Shown piece by piece: positions 46,539-56,340 of a DNA stretch of 64,000 nucleotides (positions are counted from its first letter, which is position 1; each line of letters begins with the position of its first letter). The notes beneath the pieces are model-generated. The model had not been told where the DNA came from. It saw only the letters and a list, made by a program, of their open reading frames with translations, and did no database searches. The position numbers and the translations under genes are program-made. Origin of the DNA: Christensenellaceae bacterium (GTDB lineage Bacteria > Bacillota > Clostridia > Christensenellales > UMGS416). The stretch covers positions 34,962 through 98,961 of the forward strand of contig CAXXDX010000003.1 of the NCBI GenBank assembly GCA_963677605.2, written 5' to 3'.

Positions 46539-47132
46539 TTGTCATGAAATCATGGTATATAAATGAAATTGAAAATGTTAGGCATGTATATTTTTTAGTT
46601 TATTTTAAATATAAGATGGTTGAGATGAAATTTTATTCGTTAATTATAATTGATTGTTAAAAAATTATCGTGATGAATATTTGAAACTCGATAGATGCAG
46701 CTGCAAATATATTAAATACATTATGTTTGCAGCTGTATATAGTAAAATCGCGAATGGTTATGTTTGTAATTCCAATGGCGAAAATTTATTGTAATTTACA
46801 GCGAAAAACTACTTATTGAATAAATGATACTTGTATTCTTTTTCTATAGCTTAATTTTGATATATATATATTGAAAACGTAATATTTCTGTGGTATTTTA
46901 GGAAGTGTTAAAGATAAAATTGGTCTTTTAAGGATAAATGAAGTAAAATTAGCAGTGAGATTGTTTTTTAGATAATATTGTTATATATAGATAAAGTCAT
47001 TCGAACCAAATTAATGTGCTTAATCAGCAAATTATTGTTTAGTTTTTTTGAGGAAACATTTATTTGCTCAATTCGTTTCTCTACTAAGTGAGCCTTTTCC
47101 TTAAATGATATTAAATAGCAGGAGGATATAGT

Positions 47133-47765
47133 ATGGATCTCTTTAAAGATAGTGTGTATGAATATATGAAGAATAAAATCATAACATGCGAATGGAAGCC
47201 TAATGAGATTATAGATCAGAATATACTTATAAAGGAATTAGGTGTTAGCCGTACGCCAATTAGAGACGCAATTACTGCTTTATCGCAAGAAAACTTGGTT
47301 GTAATTTTACCGCGTAGAGGTGTTCTTGTCGCAAATATTACACATAATGATATTTCAACTATTTGTATTACAAGAGAGCTTGTTGAGCCTTATATTGCCC
47401 GAATTACAACTCCTATTGCTGATAAGGAAAAGCTATTAGAGTTTAAAAAGCTTTTTAACTCAAACAAGGTTAAAGATGAAGATATGGAATGGAATGACTT
47501 TAATTTCCATAAATATTTAGTCGGTATTAGCAATAATAAATACTTAATTTCAATGATGGATAATATTTTATCGCATAATATGCGCTTTGTTACTATGGCT
47601 GCATCTATTCCTAACAGATTGAGGGCAAGTAACGAAGAGCATGTTGAGATTATTGATGCAATGCTTAATGGAGACGCAGATGCAGCAGAACAAAAAATGC
47701 GAAGTCATCTAATAAAGGCCAGAGAGAGTTCTTTTCAATCACTTAGCAATGTGGGAATTCAGTAA
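47133..47765 (+). CDS. GntR-family transcriptional regulator (FadR/FCD subfamily)
   Basis: N-terminal winged HTH (LIKELGVSRTPIRDAITALSQENLVVILPRRGVLV). All-helical C-terminal domain with FHKYL and EEHVEIIDAM typical of FCD domains. RBS aggagga. Confidence 0.85.
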   Translation: MDLFKDSVYEYMKNKIITCEWKPNEIIDQNILIKELGVSRTPIRDAITALSQENLVVILPRRGVLVANITHNDISTICITRELVEPYIARITTPIADKEKLLEFKKLFNSNKVKDEDMEWNDFNFHKYLVGISNNKYLISMMDNILSHNMRFVTMAASIPNRLRASNEEHVEIIDAMLNGDADAAEQKMRSHLIKARESSFQSLSNVGIQ

Positions 47766-47903
47766 AGCATATATTAAAAAGCAACGAGGATTTCAAGCTA
47801 CATATCTTTTAATATAAAAATCCTTGCACCAAGATGAATTATCAGAATAAATTTCATATAGAAATATTACAATATAAACCATAGCTACAAATGAGGTCGT
47901 TAT

Positions 47904-48539
47904 ATGTTTGATTGGCTTAGAAGTTTTCAGCTAAATAAAAAAGAGGCTGATAAAGCTAAAATCGGGAAAATGGCTTATGTAAACTATTTCAAAGATTTTA
48001 CTATTCATAGAAAAAAGAATTTAGATGGGAAAGGTTCAAAAACTATCAGGGTATATGAAGGTGATTACTATTATCAGGATATACCAAATAAAAAATGGAT
48101 TGTATACCGTATTTTATTCCCATTGATGTTTATGGGGTCATTGACTATATTCACCATATTATTACTTTCAAGAGAACCTGGGAACTCAATGTGGTATGTT
48201 ATTTTATCACAAATTATATCTTTATTAAGTTATTTTTATTTGCTTTATGTATTGATTGGTTATATTACATCGCCCCGAAAAATGACAGTTGGATGCTTTA
48301 ATGCAACTTCTAAACCGATTATATTTTCTGCAAAGTTGAATTCGTTTTGTTTAGTATTAGCGGCAATAGTGCGAATGATATATCTAATTATAAATGACGA
48401 TGGAGATATAATGAATAATATCTATATAATTAGTTTACTAATAATGTCAGCAACTTTATCTTTTCTCATAGGCTTTTTTGAATCAAAAATCAACTATATA
48501 ATTATTAGAAGTAAAAAATTACAGTCCGAAGCTAATTAA
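47904..48539 (+). CDS. Hypothetical membrane protein (about 4 TM segments)
   Basis: 211 aa. Basic cytoplasmic N-terminus of about 65 aa, then four hydrophobic stretches. RBS gaggt. No family recognised. Confidence 0.55.
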   Translation: MFDWLRSFQLNKKEADKAKIGKMAYVNYFKDFTIHRKKNLDGKGSKTIRVYEGDYYYQDIPNKKWIVYRILFPLMFMGSLTIFTILLLSREPGNSMWYVILSQIISLLSYFYLLYVLIGYITSPRKMTVGCFNATSKPIIFSAKLNSFCLVLAAIVRMIYLIINDDGDIMNNIYIISLLIMSATLSFLIGFFESKINYIIIRSKKLQSEAN

Positions 48540-48875
48540 TTTATAGCAAAATTTATTTTCCTTATTTGATTTTCAAATTAGTAATATCCATAAAAAATTG
48601 ATTTATTATGAGTATTTTTCTTTGCTTTGTAGTTCATTACTTCTTTATTATACATTTATCAAGATACTTGTAATCTTCACTAACAAGAAAGTTATTGTAC
48701 AATAAGATAAACAATTTAGATGACTAATGCTAAGCTTAGTATTATAAAGCTTATAATTACTATGTTTATAGTGTTATGGCTTTGTATGAATTAATATGAG
48801 AAGTTATAAAAGACCAATGTTAAGAAAGGTAAAAGCATATTTTGAAAAGAAAGAACGCTTGAAATATTATTTATT

Positions 48876-50078
48876 ATGAGTGGAAATTTGAATAAAAAAG
48901 AAAAATTTCTTACGAAAGAATACTTGATTATTTGCTTTATTACAGTATTTATTAGATTAGGAATGCATGAGAAAATGGCTGCAATGCCACTTTATGTAGT
49001 AGATTTAAATTATTCGAAAACGGCAACTGGTTTGATGATGACAGTGTATACCATTTCTGCCTTATTGCTTAGGCCTATTGCAGGACAGTTTATTGATAAA
49101 TATGGACGAAAAAACATGTTGCTTTTCGGGACAGTCCTTTTTACACTGACTACTTTTCCGGTGGGAATGACACAATCGCTATTATTGTTATATGTACTTC
49201 AAGCATTGAGCGGAATAGGATTTTCTTTTTTAAGTGTGGCTTGGACAACTATAGTTACTGACATAGTTCCTGAAAGCAGGCTTGCTGATGGCTTGGGTTA
49301 TTATGGGTTAACAGCAACGTTGGCTCAGGCACTAGCTCCTACGATAGCTTTATGGACAATAGTAAGCTATGGTTATAGACTTAATTTTATTTTGGTTGGT
49401 ATAGTGTGTGTTATAGCAATTTTTATGATTTTTCTTGTTAACTATGAGAAAAATCATTCTTATATAGAAACTAGGCGAAAAGCAATTAAAGAAAAACAAG
49501 AAGAGGATAGATGGGGATTTGTTAATAAGCTTGTAGAAAGAAATGCGCTATATCCTTCTTTAATAATGGGACTCATAGCTTTTGTATATGCGTCTACAGC
49601 AACTTTCTTGTTGCCGCTGGCTAAGCAGGACTCAATTGAAAATATTGGGCTATATTTTACAGTGAGAGCAATAAGCATAGCTGTTTCTAGAGTACTAGCA
49701 GGAAAATTAACTAAAAAATATAATAATCGCATTATTGTAACATTTTCAATAATTAGTCTTCTGTTTGGTGTATTAGGAGTCTTTGTATTTAAAAACATAA
49801 CGGCTTTGCTTATCGTAGGATTTATTTATGGATTTGGTTTTGGTATGTCTTCTGTAGTTTTAAATGTAGGGGCAGTACTTAACACACCTAGAGTTCGAAG
49901 GGCGGCCGCTAATGCAACTTTTTACTTAGCGATGGATGCAGGATTTGGTTTAGGATCAGTAGTTTGGGGAGTTGTAGGGGATGTAGTTGGTTTGAGATTT
50001 ATGTTTCTTGTGGCTTCGATATTTTGTATTGGAGTTTTTATGATATCACAGATAATTATGAGAAAAAGGCATATATAG
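48876..50078 (+). CDS. MFS transporter (paralog 4 of 4)
   Basis: Multi-TM. LLRPIAGQFIDKYGRK loop motif as in the other paralogs. No clear RBS before ATG 48876, so the exact start is uncertain. Confidence 0.8.
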   Translation: MSGNLNKKEKFLTKEYLIICFITVFIRLGMHEKMAAMPLYVVDLNYSKTATGLMMTVYTISALLLRPIAGQFIDKYGRKNMLLFGTVLFTLTTFPVGMTQSLLLLYVLQALSGIGFSFLSVAWTTIVTDIVPESRLADGLGYYGLTATLAQALAPTIALWTIVSYGYRLNFILVGIVCVIAIFMIFLVNYEKNHSYIETRRKAIKEKQEEDRWGFVNKLVERNALYPSLIMGLIAFVYASTATFLLPLAKQDSIENIGLYFTVRAISIAVSRVLAGKLTKKYNNRIIVTFSIISLLFGVLGVFVFKNITALLIVGFIYGFGFGMSSVVLNVGAVLNTPRVRRAAANATFYLAMDAGFGLGSVVWGVVGDVVGLRFMFLVASIFCIGVFMISQIIMRKRHI

Positions 50079-50632
50079 CTTGAATTTTATTCTACCAAAG
50101 TTAATAGGCCATGATGCTTTGACTTTTATTTATGCACAAAAAACAAAATTTTGCCTGCTAAATTGTAATCTTTATATTTCTTGGTTGTAATTCATTTTTT
50201 ATTAACATTAATGCAAGTTGTTTTACTAAATTATCATGTATTCTTATAATAATAAAGTTATAGGATGTTTAAAAAAATGATTAAAAAGTTAATGGATATA
50301 ATAGAAATAATAAAAATGGAGAATATTACAGAGGATCAGTATTGGAAGCTTGAAGGCAAAAGATAGTTTCAACATAGTTAAGAATATGCCATTTTATGGG
50401 AATGCTATTTGTTTTATTTCAACAAATAGTATTATTGGAACCTAGTAAATTATTGAATGTTTATATAGTTTGGGCTATTTAGAGATTCGAATAATCCACT
50501 ATGAACACTTTATTAAAATCTAATTTCTATTCTGTTTTGATGATAAAAGTGCATATAGCAACCGTGTTCCTTTATGATGTGTCGCACCTTTGGTACCAAA
50601 TATGGTTAATAGGGCACAAAGCCAACCAATTT

Positions 50633-50663
50633 AAAAAGCACATCCGATAGGATGTGCTTTTTT
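50633..50663. terminator. Bidirectional Rho-independent terminator-like hairpin in an ORF-poor gap
   Basis: AAAAAGCACATCC-GATA-GGATGTGCTTTTT: a 13-bp stem including A/T tracts on both sides. Confidence 0.65.
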
Positions 50664-50771
50664 ATCTTCTTTTGCCGTTATCATTAACTTTTAAGAACAG
50701 TCTAAGGAAATGTCAACACAGTTTAATTATTAGAGATTTGATAATTGAATAAAAGGATATAGAGGAAAGAA

Positions 50772-50797
50772 ACGGGAAACAAAAGAATGTTTCCCGT
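50772..50797 (-). terminator. Terminator of the minus-strand MFS gene
   Basis: 10-bp stem ACGGGAAACA / TGTTTCCCGT with 6-nt loop. On the minus strand it is followed by TTCTTTCCTCT. About 90 nt downstream of the stop at 50889. Confidence 0.6.
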
Positions 50798-50888
50798 AAA
50801 CTCTTTAAATGTATATATAATTTTTTAGGATTAATTGATTAGAAATTTTTTGCAGTAAGATATTATATACTTTAGATATGGTATATTT

Positions 50889-52280
50889 TTATTTTTCTTT
50901 AGCTGTATCAGCGAAGTCTACACCTTCAAGGTCAATTCCCTTCGTCTCTTTAACATTTATCATAAAATATGTTATGCCAATACCAACAAGAATCGCGCCA
51001 TAGCCACTGCAAAGTATGCCTAAGTCCACGAAATTTATCATTACCGCTATAACAATAGCCGATATCGCGGCGCTTACTACCTGAATCAATCCCGAAGCGG
51101 CTATAACCGAACTTCTGATTTCTGTCGGTGAGGATTCAGCCAGTGATATGCCTATGGTATCACCAAACGTCCAGTAACCGCCAATTGCAAGCCCAAAAGC
51201 CAAACCAACAATATATGCATTTGCATTATTCCTTGCAAGCACTACAAAAGTAATAAGACTTATAACTGCAACTAGGCCATACAGCAATATTCCTCTTTTT
51301 CTGCCAATCTTATCGCTGATCCATCCGGCTATCAGCGTTATAAACGCACCTGTGAAGGGATAGGCGAATATTGCTTTTGTAATATTTTCGGTTGCCATTC
51401 CGCTTGTCATCATAATCGATTCATAGTATCCGAAGAAAGCCATTACAGCCATGAAAGAGAAAATGTTGGTTATTATTATTGAACGTGGCTGTTTGTTTTT
51501 GAATATATATTTGAAGGCATTTACAATATTTCCGGAAGTCTTCTTTTTATCTTTCTTTTTCGCTGCAATTCTTTCATCATACGGAGTACTAAGTTCTTTT
51601 ATCCTGTTGTCAAGGAAGGTGTCTGTTTCACGCATGAATATGAACGCAAAAAATACTAAAGCTATTCCTACAATAAGAGGAATTGAGAATACATTTCTCC
51701 ACTGGATTATTCCGTTAACCGTATTTGCGCCACGAGCCAGTGATATAAAAACAGCTCCGAACATAGCCAAAAACTTTGTTCCCGCATACCACGTCGCACG
51801 TTTTTGAGGCGGTGCGCACTCAAGAACATAAACGACCTGTACATCGGTTGCAACAAAGAATGCTATAATCGCTCTGCCTATGATATGTAATGTCAGGTCT
51901 TTTGCGATAAATAATATAAACATACCAACCGTCATTCCTACAATACTTATAAGAAGAATTGGTTTTCTGCCAAATCTATCACTTTGTGCCTTAAATAACG
52001 TTGCAAATACAGCTACCACAATAAAGGCAGTAGACAGCAGGGAATATTGAGATAGCCCAGTTTCAAAACTTAGCCCCAGTCCATTTACATAGAACTCGTT
52101 AACAATAGCACTTTGCAGTGCTGCCGGAGCGTCGGTTACATACCCGTCAAGTATATGAGTTAAGGCTATTATCAAAAACAAAAACACCATAAATCCCATA
52201 AACTTCGGTTTTGCTCTAAGTTTAGTTCTCTTTTCAAGTTCAGCTTCTTCACGCCGCTTAATTTTTTCTATGTTCTTCAT
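50889..52280 (-). CDS. MFS transporter (distinct subfamily, 463 aa)
   Basis: 12-TM-like with DRFGRKP and ISDKIGRKRG loop motifs. RBS gaggtgga. 117 nt downstream of the hydrolase gene on the same strand. Confidence 0.85.
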   Translation of the reverse strand: MKNIEKIKRREEAELEKRTKLRAKPKFMGFMVFLFLIIALTHILDGYVTDAPAALQSAIVNEFYVNGLGLSFETGLSQYSLLSTAFIVVAVFATLFKAQSDRFGRKPILLISIVGMTVGMFILFIAKDLTLHIIGRAIIAFFVATDVQVVYVLECAPPQKRATWYAGTKFLAMFGAVFISLARGANTVNGIIQWRNVFSIPLIVGIALVFFAFIFMRETDTFLDNRIKELSTPYDERIAAKKKDKKKTSGNIVNAFKYIFKNKQPRSIIITNIFSFMAVMAFFGYYESIMMTSGMATENITKAIFAYPFTGAFITLIAGWISDKIGRKRGILLYGLVAVISLITFVVLARNNANAYIVGLAFGLAIGGYWTFGDTIGISLAESSPTEIRSSVIAASGLIQVVSAAISAIVIAVMINFVDLGILCSGYGAILVGIGITYFMINVKETKGIDLEGVDFADTAKEK

Positions 52281-52397
52281 TCTCCACCTCGTAATTTATT
52301 TTGATAAATTAAACTTCTTTTTTATTCTTTCACTGGGAAAGATAATTAATAACAGATTTTATAAATAGAACTTTTAATACTCTAATATATTGGAGCT

Positions 52398-54401
52398 CTA
52401 TTTTACTACTACTCTTACTCTTGCAATATTCTTGATTTGCGTATACTTTGCTTCTTTGTCTCCTATTCTATTTGATGATATACGCAGAACGGGAAAATAA
52501 GTCCCAGACTTCTTAAAAGCATACTCCATTCTGACTTTTGCAAAACGTTCTTCGGCGTCAAGCATTTCAATATCTGCGTTGTTTGCATATTCAGCAGAAC
52601 CTTCAAAGTCAAATTCAGCAATTGTTACTTTTCCTGTGTTCGGAGGTACTTCAATATCTCCCTCGAATGACACTGTTTCACCAACCTTAACAATAGCTTT
52701 TTCGCTTCCATTTGCTTTAAGGGTAACAATAGGCTGGATTCCTTTTCTCTCATCTGCAGTTTCAGGAAGTTCCACCTGAGCGTCAACAATTTTATAATTT
52801 GTGTAATCAGGCGGGACTTTACCGTTTTCTACCCAGTCACTGACATCAAGCAGGGCTTGATTCAATACTCCTCTGTAACTTACCATATGCAAGCTTCTAT
52901 TGGGATCGTATTCGCCGCCATGCATTGCATGGTCAACATAGTATAATCTAAAACTTTCGTCTGTTTTGCCGCCGAGTTCTTCGGTAACTTTTCTGCGATA
53001 CCAGTCTTGCTGCCAAGGGAGTGCGCTTTCATCCATAAGCGTTCCAAAAGCAATCATTTTTCCGTGTATTTTCCCGCTCTGTACTGATCCACCCCCAGTA
53101 TAAGCTACCATCGGACCTACCAGCATTGGGCGCTGCGGATAGATCGGCTCGCCGTTTTCATCTCTGTATTGGTCCCAAGCAGGATAGTCTTCTGATGGAA
53201 CCTGATGCCTGTGATAAGTCTGTAGAGCGATATAGTCTGAATTATCCAGCACAACTTCATCACCCTCTTTAACTTTCTTCAACTCTTCTACTATATCCCC
53301 CATTCCAAAAGCCGATCCGACCTTTACTGTGTTACCATCCAGACTCTCCAGAGGAAGGTTATAGCCTTGAATCGCACCTGAAGCGAATATAATCTTCGTT
53401 CCATCCAAATACTGAGCATTTACAGGTGCACACGAAAGCACTATTTCAGGACTTGATTCATACTTATAGGCAAGCGTCTGCCACGCCTCATCAACACCCA
53501 AGCCATTCGTATGTTCTGCTTTTGGGGGAATCTTTACGGAAACTACACTAGTCTTGAACTGCAGTCTGTCTCTTGCTGCTGAACCGTTAACGTCTGCTCC
53601 CAAATATCCCGGTTTTGTCCAAAAATCTGTATAATAATTGGGATCCATTTGATCAATTGCATAGGCAAGAACTGGCAGAGCGCCAGCACCGATTTCGTCA
53701 TAGGCAAACCAAGCTTTTGGAGGAAAGCCGAAGCGTGTAACCTCTTTTAGCGCGTCTGCCTGTTCCTGATTCAAAACTTCATACATGTTTTTGCTTCCGC
53801 CCGGCTCAATGGCATCAATAATCTCAGGGAATTTGTCGCGCAAAAGCCTCATCGCATGCACTCTTACGGTAAACATATTCGGTATCGACATTGGAGAGCC
53901 AATAACAAATGGAACTGAACCATCCCAAATACCTTGAGTACTTTCCACACATGAAATAGTTTTAAAAGCGCCTCCGCTTCCGCCGTAAATATATCCAAAT
54001 GGTCTGTGATCCCCAAAAAGTCTAGATGCGACTGTACGGGAATACTCCGCAACTGCCGCGCTTGAACGATACAGAGTTGTAGGATCTGGATTGTCGCCGC
54101 CCATATTGGATTCTACAAAGTAGGCTCCGTTAGACACAGCAAAGCCGATATTGTCTTCATCGCGTTCAATTTTTTGTGATGAATCTTCATTTCCCTGCAC
54201 CGGTGTTACTAAATGAAAAAACCTTTTTCTGTAGTTTTCTTTCGGAGGAAAGTATAATGAAAAACGTGTGTTTGTATCTTCGAATCCTCCGTGTACATAC
54301 AAGTGTTTTATGGGTTCATCCCGCCATTCTTCTATATCTACATAAGGTTTTGAATAGGTTGAATCGTTCTCCGGATGGTAAAGCTTACTGTCTTCAGGCA
54401 T
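52398..54401 (-). CDS. Large putative alpha/beta-fold serine hydrolase with C-terminal beta-sandwich-like region (possibly tannase/feruloyl-esterase-like)
   Basis: 667 aa. Candidate nucleophile elbow YIYGGSGGAFK. Candidate catalytic His in YYVDHAMHGGE, which resembles the GxSxGG and xHxGG positions of the tannase/feruloyl esterase family but lacks the flanking Cys residues. Start moved to ATG 54401 behind ggagga. Confidence 0.45.
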   Translation of the reverse strand: MPEDSKLYHPENDSTYSKPYVDIEEWRDEPIKHLYVHGGFEDTNTRFSLYFPPKENYRKRFFHLVTPVQGNEDSSQKIERDEDNIGFAVSNGAYFVESNMGGDNPDPTTLYRSSAAVAEYSRTVASRLFGDHRPFGYIYGGSGGAFKTISCVESTQGIWDGSVPFVIGSPMSIPNMFTVRVHAMRLLRDKFPEIIDAIEPGGSKNMYEVLNQEQADALKEVTRFGFPPKAWFAYDEIGAGALPVLAYAIDQMDPNYYTDFWTKPGYLGADVNGSAARDRLQFKTSVVSVKIPPKAEHTNGLGVDEAWQTLAYKYESSPEIVLSCAPVNAQYLDGTKIIFASGAIQGYNLPLESLDGNTVKVGSAFGMGDIVEELKKVKEGDEVVLDNSDYIALQTYHRHQVPSEDYPAWDQYRDENGEPIYPQRPMLVGPMVAYTGGGSVQSGKIHGKMIAFGTLMDESALPWQQDWYRRKVTEELGGKTDESFRLYYVDHAMHGGEYDPNRSLHMVSYRGVLNQALLDVSDWVENGKVPPDYTNYKIVDAQVELPETADERKGIQPIVTLKANGSEKAIVKVGETVSFEGDIEVPPNTGKVTIAEFDFEGSAEYANNADIEMLDAEERFAKVRMEYAFKKSGTYFPVLRISSNRIGDKEAKYTQIKNIARVRVVVK

Positions 54402-54541
54402 TTTATCCTCCACAAAATTAAATTATTTGGTTGTTTTATTGTATATAAATATATAATATAATTATTTTTTTTGATGATATACTAATATATTTACTTTATG
54501 TATAATATATTGACTTAACAGTTAAAATTTAAAGAGGATTT

Positions 54542-55705
54542 ATGTTAATGGAAAATATAATACAAACTATAAGTGAAGCTACAGGAATACCTATAGCTTT
54601 GATTGAAAATGATAGAGTTTTATGCGAGTTTGGAACTTTTTCTCCAAATCCAGCTGCAATAGTGCTGGAAGGCTTGGAGATAAAACAAGAGGGTGCGTAT
54701 TTTACAGTTTCACCGAACTATCTATTTTACGGTTATATTCGTTTTGGTGAAAAAACAATAATGATGGGGCCTTCGCTATACTATAACTGCTCACACCAGC
54801 AGGCAAGAAGCATTCTGCAGATTCTTAACCAAAGCCTATCCCGCGAAAGAGAACTTTTACACTGGTTCCGTGACATGCCCCCCTGTAGCTCAAAACGATT
54901 TGAAAATGCAATAATATTATTAAACAATTATATTACCGGAAAGGAAATTGATTCAATAAATTTAATCCCATATAGCCCACCAGAATCTGCAAAAGTCCTA
55001 AATGATATAAAGTCTCCTTTTACACATCATCTTGATGACGCGCTTGAAAGGCGTGTCCTTACTGCGGTTGAAACCGGAAATGTAAATGAAATGGAAAAGC
55101 TTATATATCCAAACGGATATAAGTCAAATGACTTTGCTCATTTGTCTGAGAATGCGGTTCGTTCATTTAAAATAACCTTTATTGTTTCTGCAAGCCTTAT
55201 ATCTAGAGCAGCTATAAAAGGAGGTTTGGATTACTCAACGGCAATTACATTGTTTGATGAATATTTAATTCGCCTTGAAAGTTTAAGCAATTATCAGGAA
55301 ATTCAGAGCTATATACAGCAGATGTTTATGGATTTTACGAGACGTACAAAAAAAGCGCGGTCAGTTACTTCGGATTCAGCTGTTGTTACACGTATATGCC
55401 GATACATATTAGGGCATTTGGATGAAAAGATTCAGCTGTCTGAAATCGCAGATTACATGAACATGAACAGCTCATATTTGTGTCGCCATTTCAAACAAAA
55501 AACAGGCAATACAATTTCATTTTTTATTACGCAGTCAAAGCTTAATGAAGCAAAACATTTGCTTGAAAACACTTCGCTGCCGCTGTCTATGATATCATCT
55601 AATTTGGGATTTTCCGACCAGCATTATTTTCACACCGTATTTAAAAAAAATACTGGAACTACACCAAACGAGTATCGCAAGCAAATGATGGGATTGATTA
55701 AATAA
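54542..55705 (+). CDS. AraC-family transcriptional regulator
   Basis: C-terminal double HTH (LSEIADYMNMNSSYLCRHFKQKTG...SNLGFSDQHYFHTVFKKNTGTTPNEYR). Divergent from the hydrolase gene with a 140-nt shared control region. Confidence 0.85.
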   Translation: MLMENIIQTISEATGIPIALIENDRVLCEFGTFSPNPAAIVLEGLEIKQEGAYFTVSPNYLFYGYIRFGEKTIMMGPSLYYNCSHQQARSILQILNQSLSRERELLHWFRDMPPCSSKRFENAIILLNNYITGKEIDSINLIPYSPPESAKVLNDIKSPFTHHLDDALERRVLTAVETGNVNEMEKLIYPNGYKSNDFAHLSENAVRSFKITFIVSASLISRAAIKGGLDYSTAITLFDEYLIRLESLSNYQEIQSYIQQMFMDFTRRTKKARSVTSDSAVVTRICRYILGHLDEKIQLSEIADYMNMNSSYLCRHFKQKTGNTISFFITQSKLNEAKHLLENTSLPLSMISSNLGFSDQHYFHTVFKKNTGTTPNEYRKQMMGLIK

Positions 55706-56340
55706 TACAAATAAATATTATATGTGCTAAGGTTCAAGATTACATCAATACTTATTTGTATTGTTCTAAATTGAGATGTAATTTAAAAGAATTAGGAAAT
55801 AGTTTTGAGTATATCTGAAAGGCCTGTGAAGTTTGTTTCTTGGGGTAAAATAATTAATCGTTCTGAGGAAGATTTGTTTATAATCCGATATGAAATTAAA
55901 ATTACAAACAAAATGATGTTCTTTTAGAATTTTCCACCTTAGGTACAACTTATATCTAAACCAATATTGTGTTTGGATAACCTGCATGATCAGTATTTTT
56001 ATTTGAGACTTCCATTGGAAACTGTTTTGATATTACTTGTGCTTTTAAATTTATATAAAGAAAATTTAAATGGATCTTTTAACTTTTAGCAAAAATTTTT
56101 ATAAAGAGTCTCAGAATCTGCAGCAGTGACAGCCTCTGTGTTTCTGTCTAAAGATTTATTAATTCTAGTATAATTTGCCTTGTTTTAATTTATCTGTATG
56201 CCAGAGAACTATTAAGTTGGGAAAATCTTTTAAAATATATTATTTTCTTTCTTTGTTTTAGTTAATTCATATAAAAAATATGTAATTAATTAATTTTTAA
56301 TGTATCATATAAACCAATTCACAAATAAATGGGGATTTAT

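Noticed and set aside
46697-46740. Inverted repeat GCAGCTGCAAA...TTTGCAGCTG after esterase paralog 2, considered as a terminator
   Set aside because: 18-nt loop, one mismatch and no T-tract. It might still be a protein-binding site or a weak terminator, but the evidence is insufficient.
50546-50656. 36-codon ORF (MIKVHIATVFLYDVSHLWYQIWLIGHKANQFKKHIR) ending in the loop of the 50633-50663 hairpin
   Set aside because: No Shine-Dalgarno sequence upstream, no recognisable family, and the composition is typical of random AT-rich ORFs.
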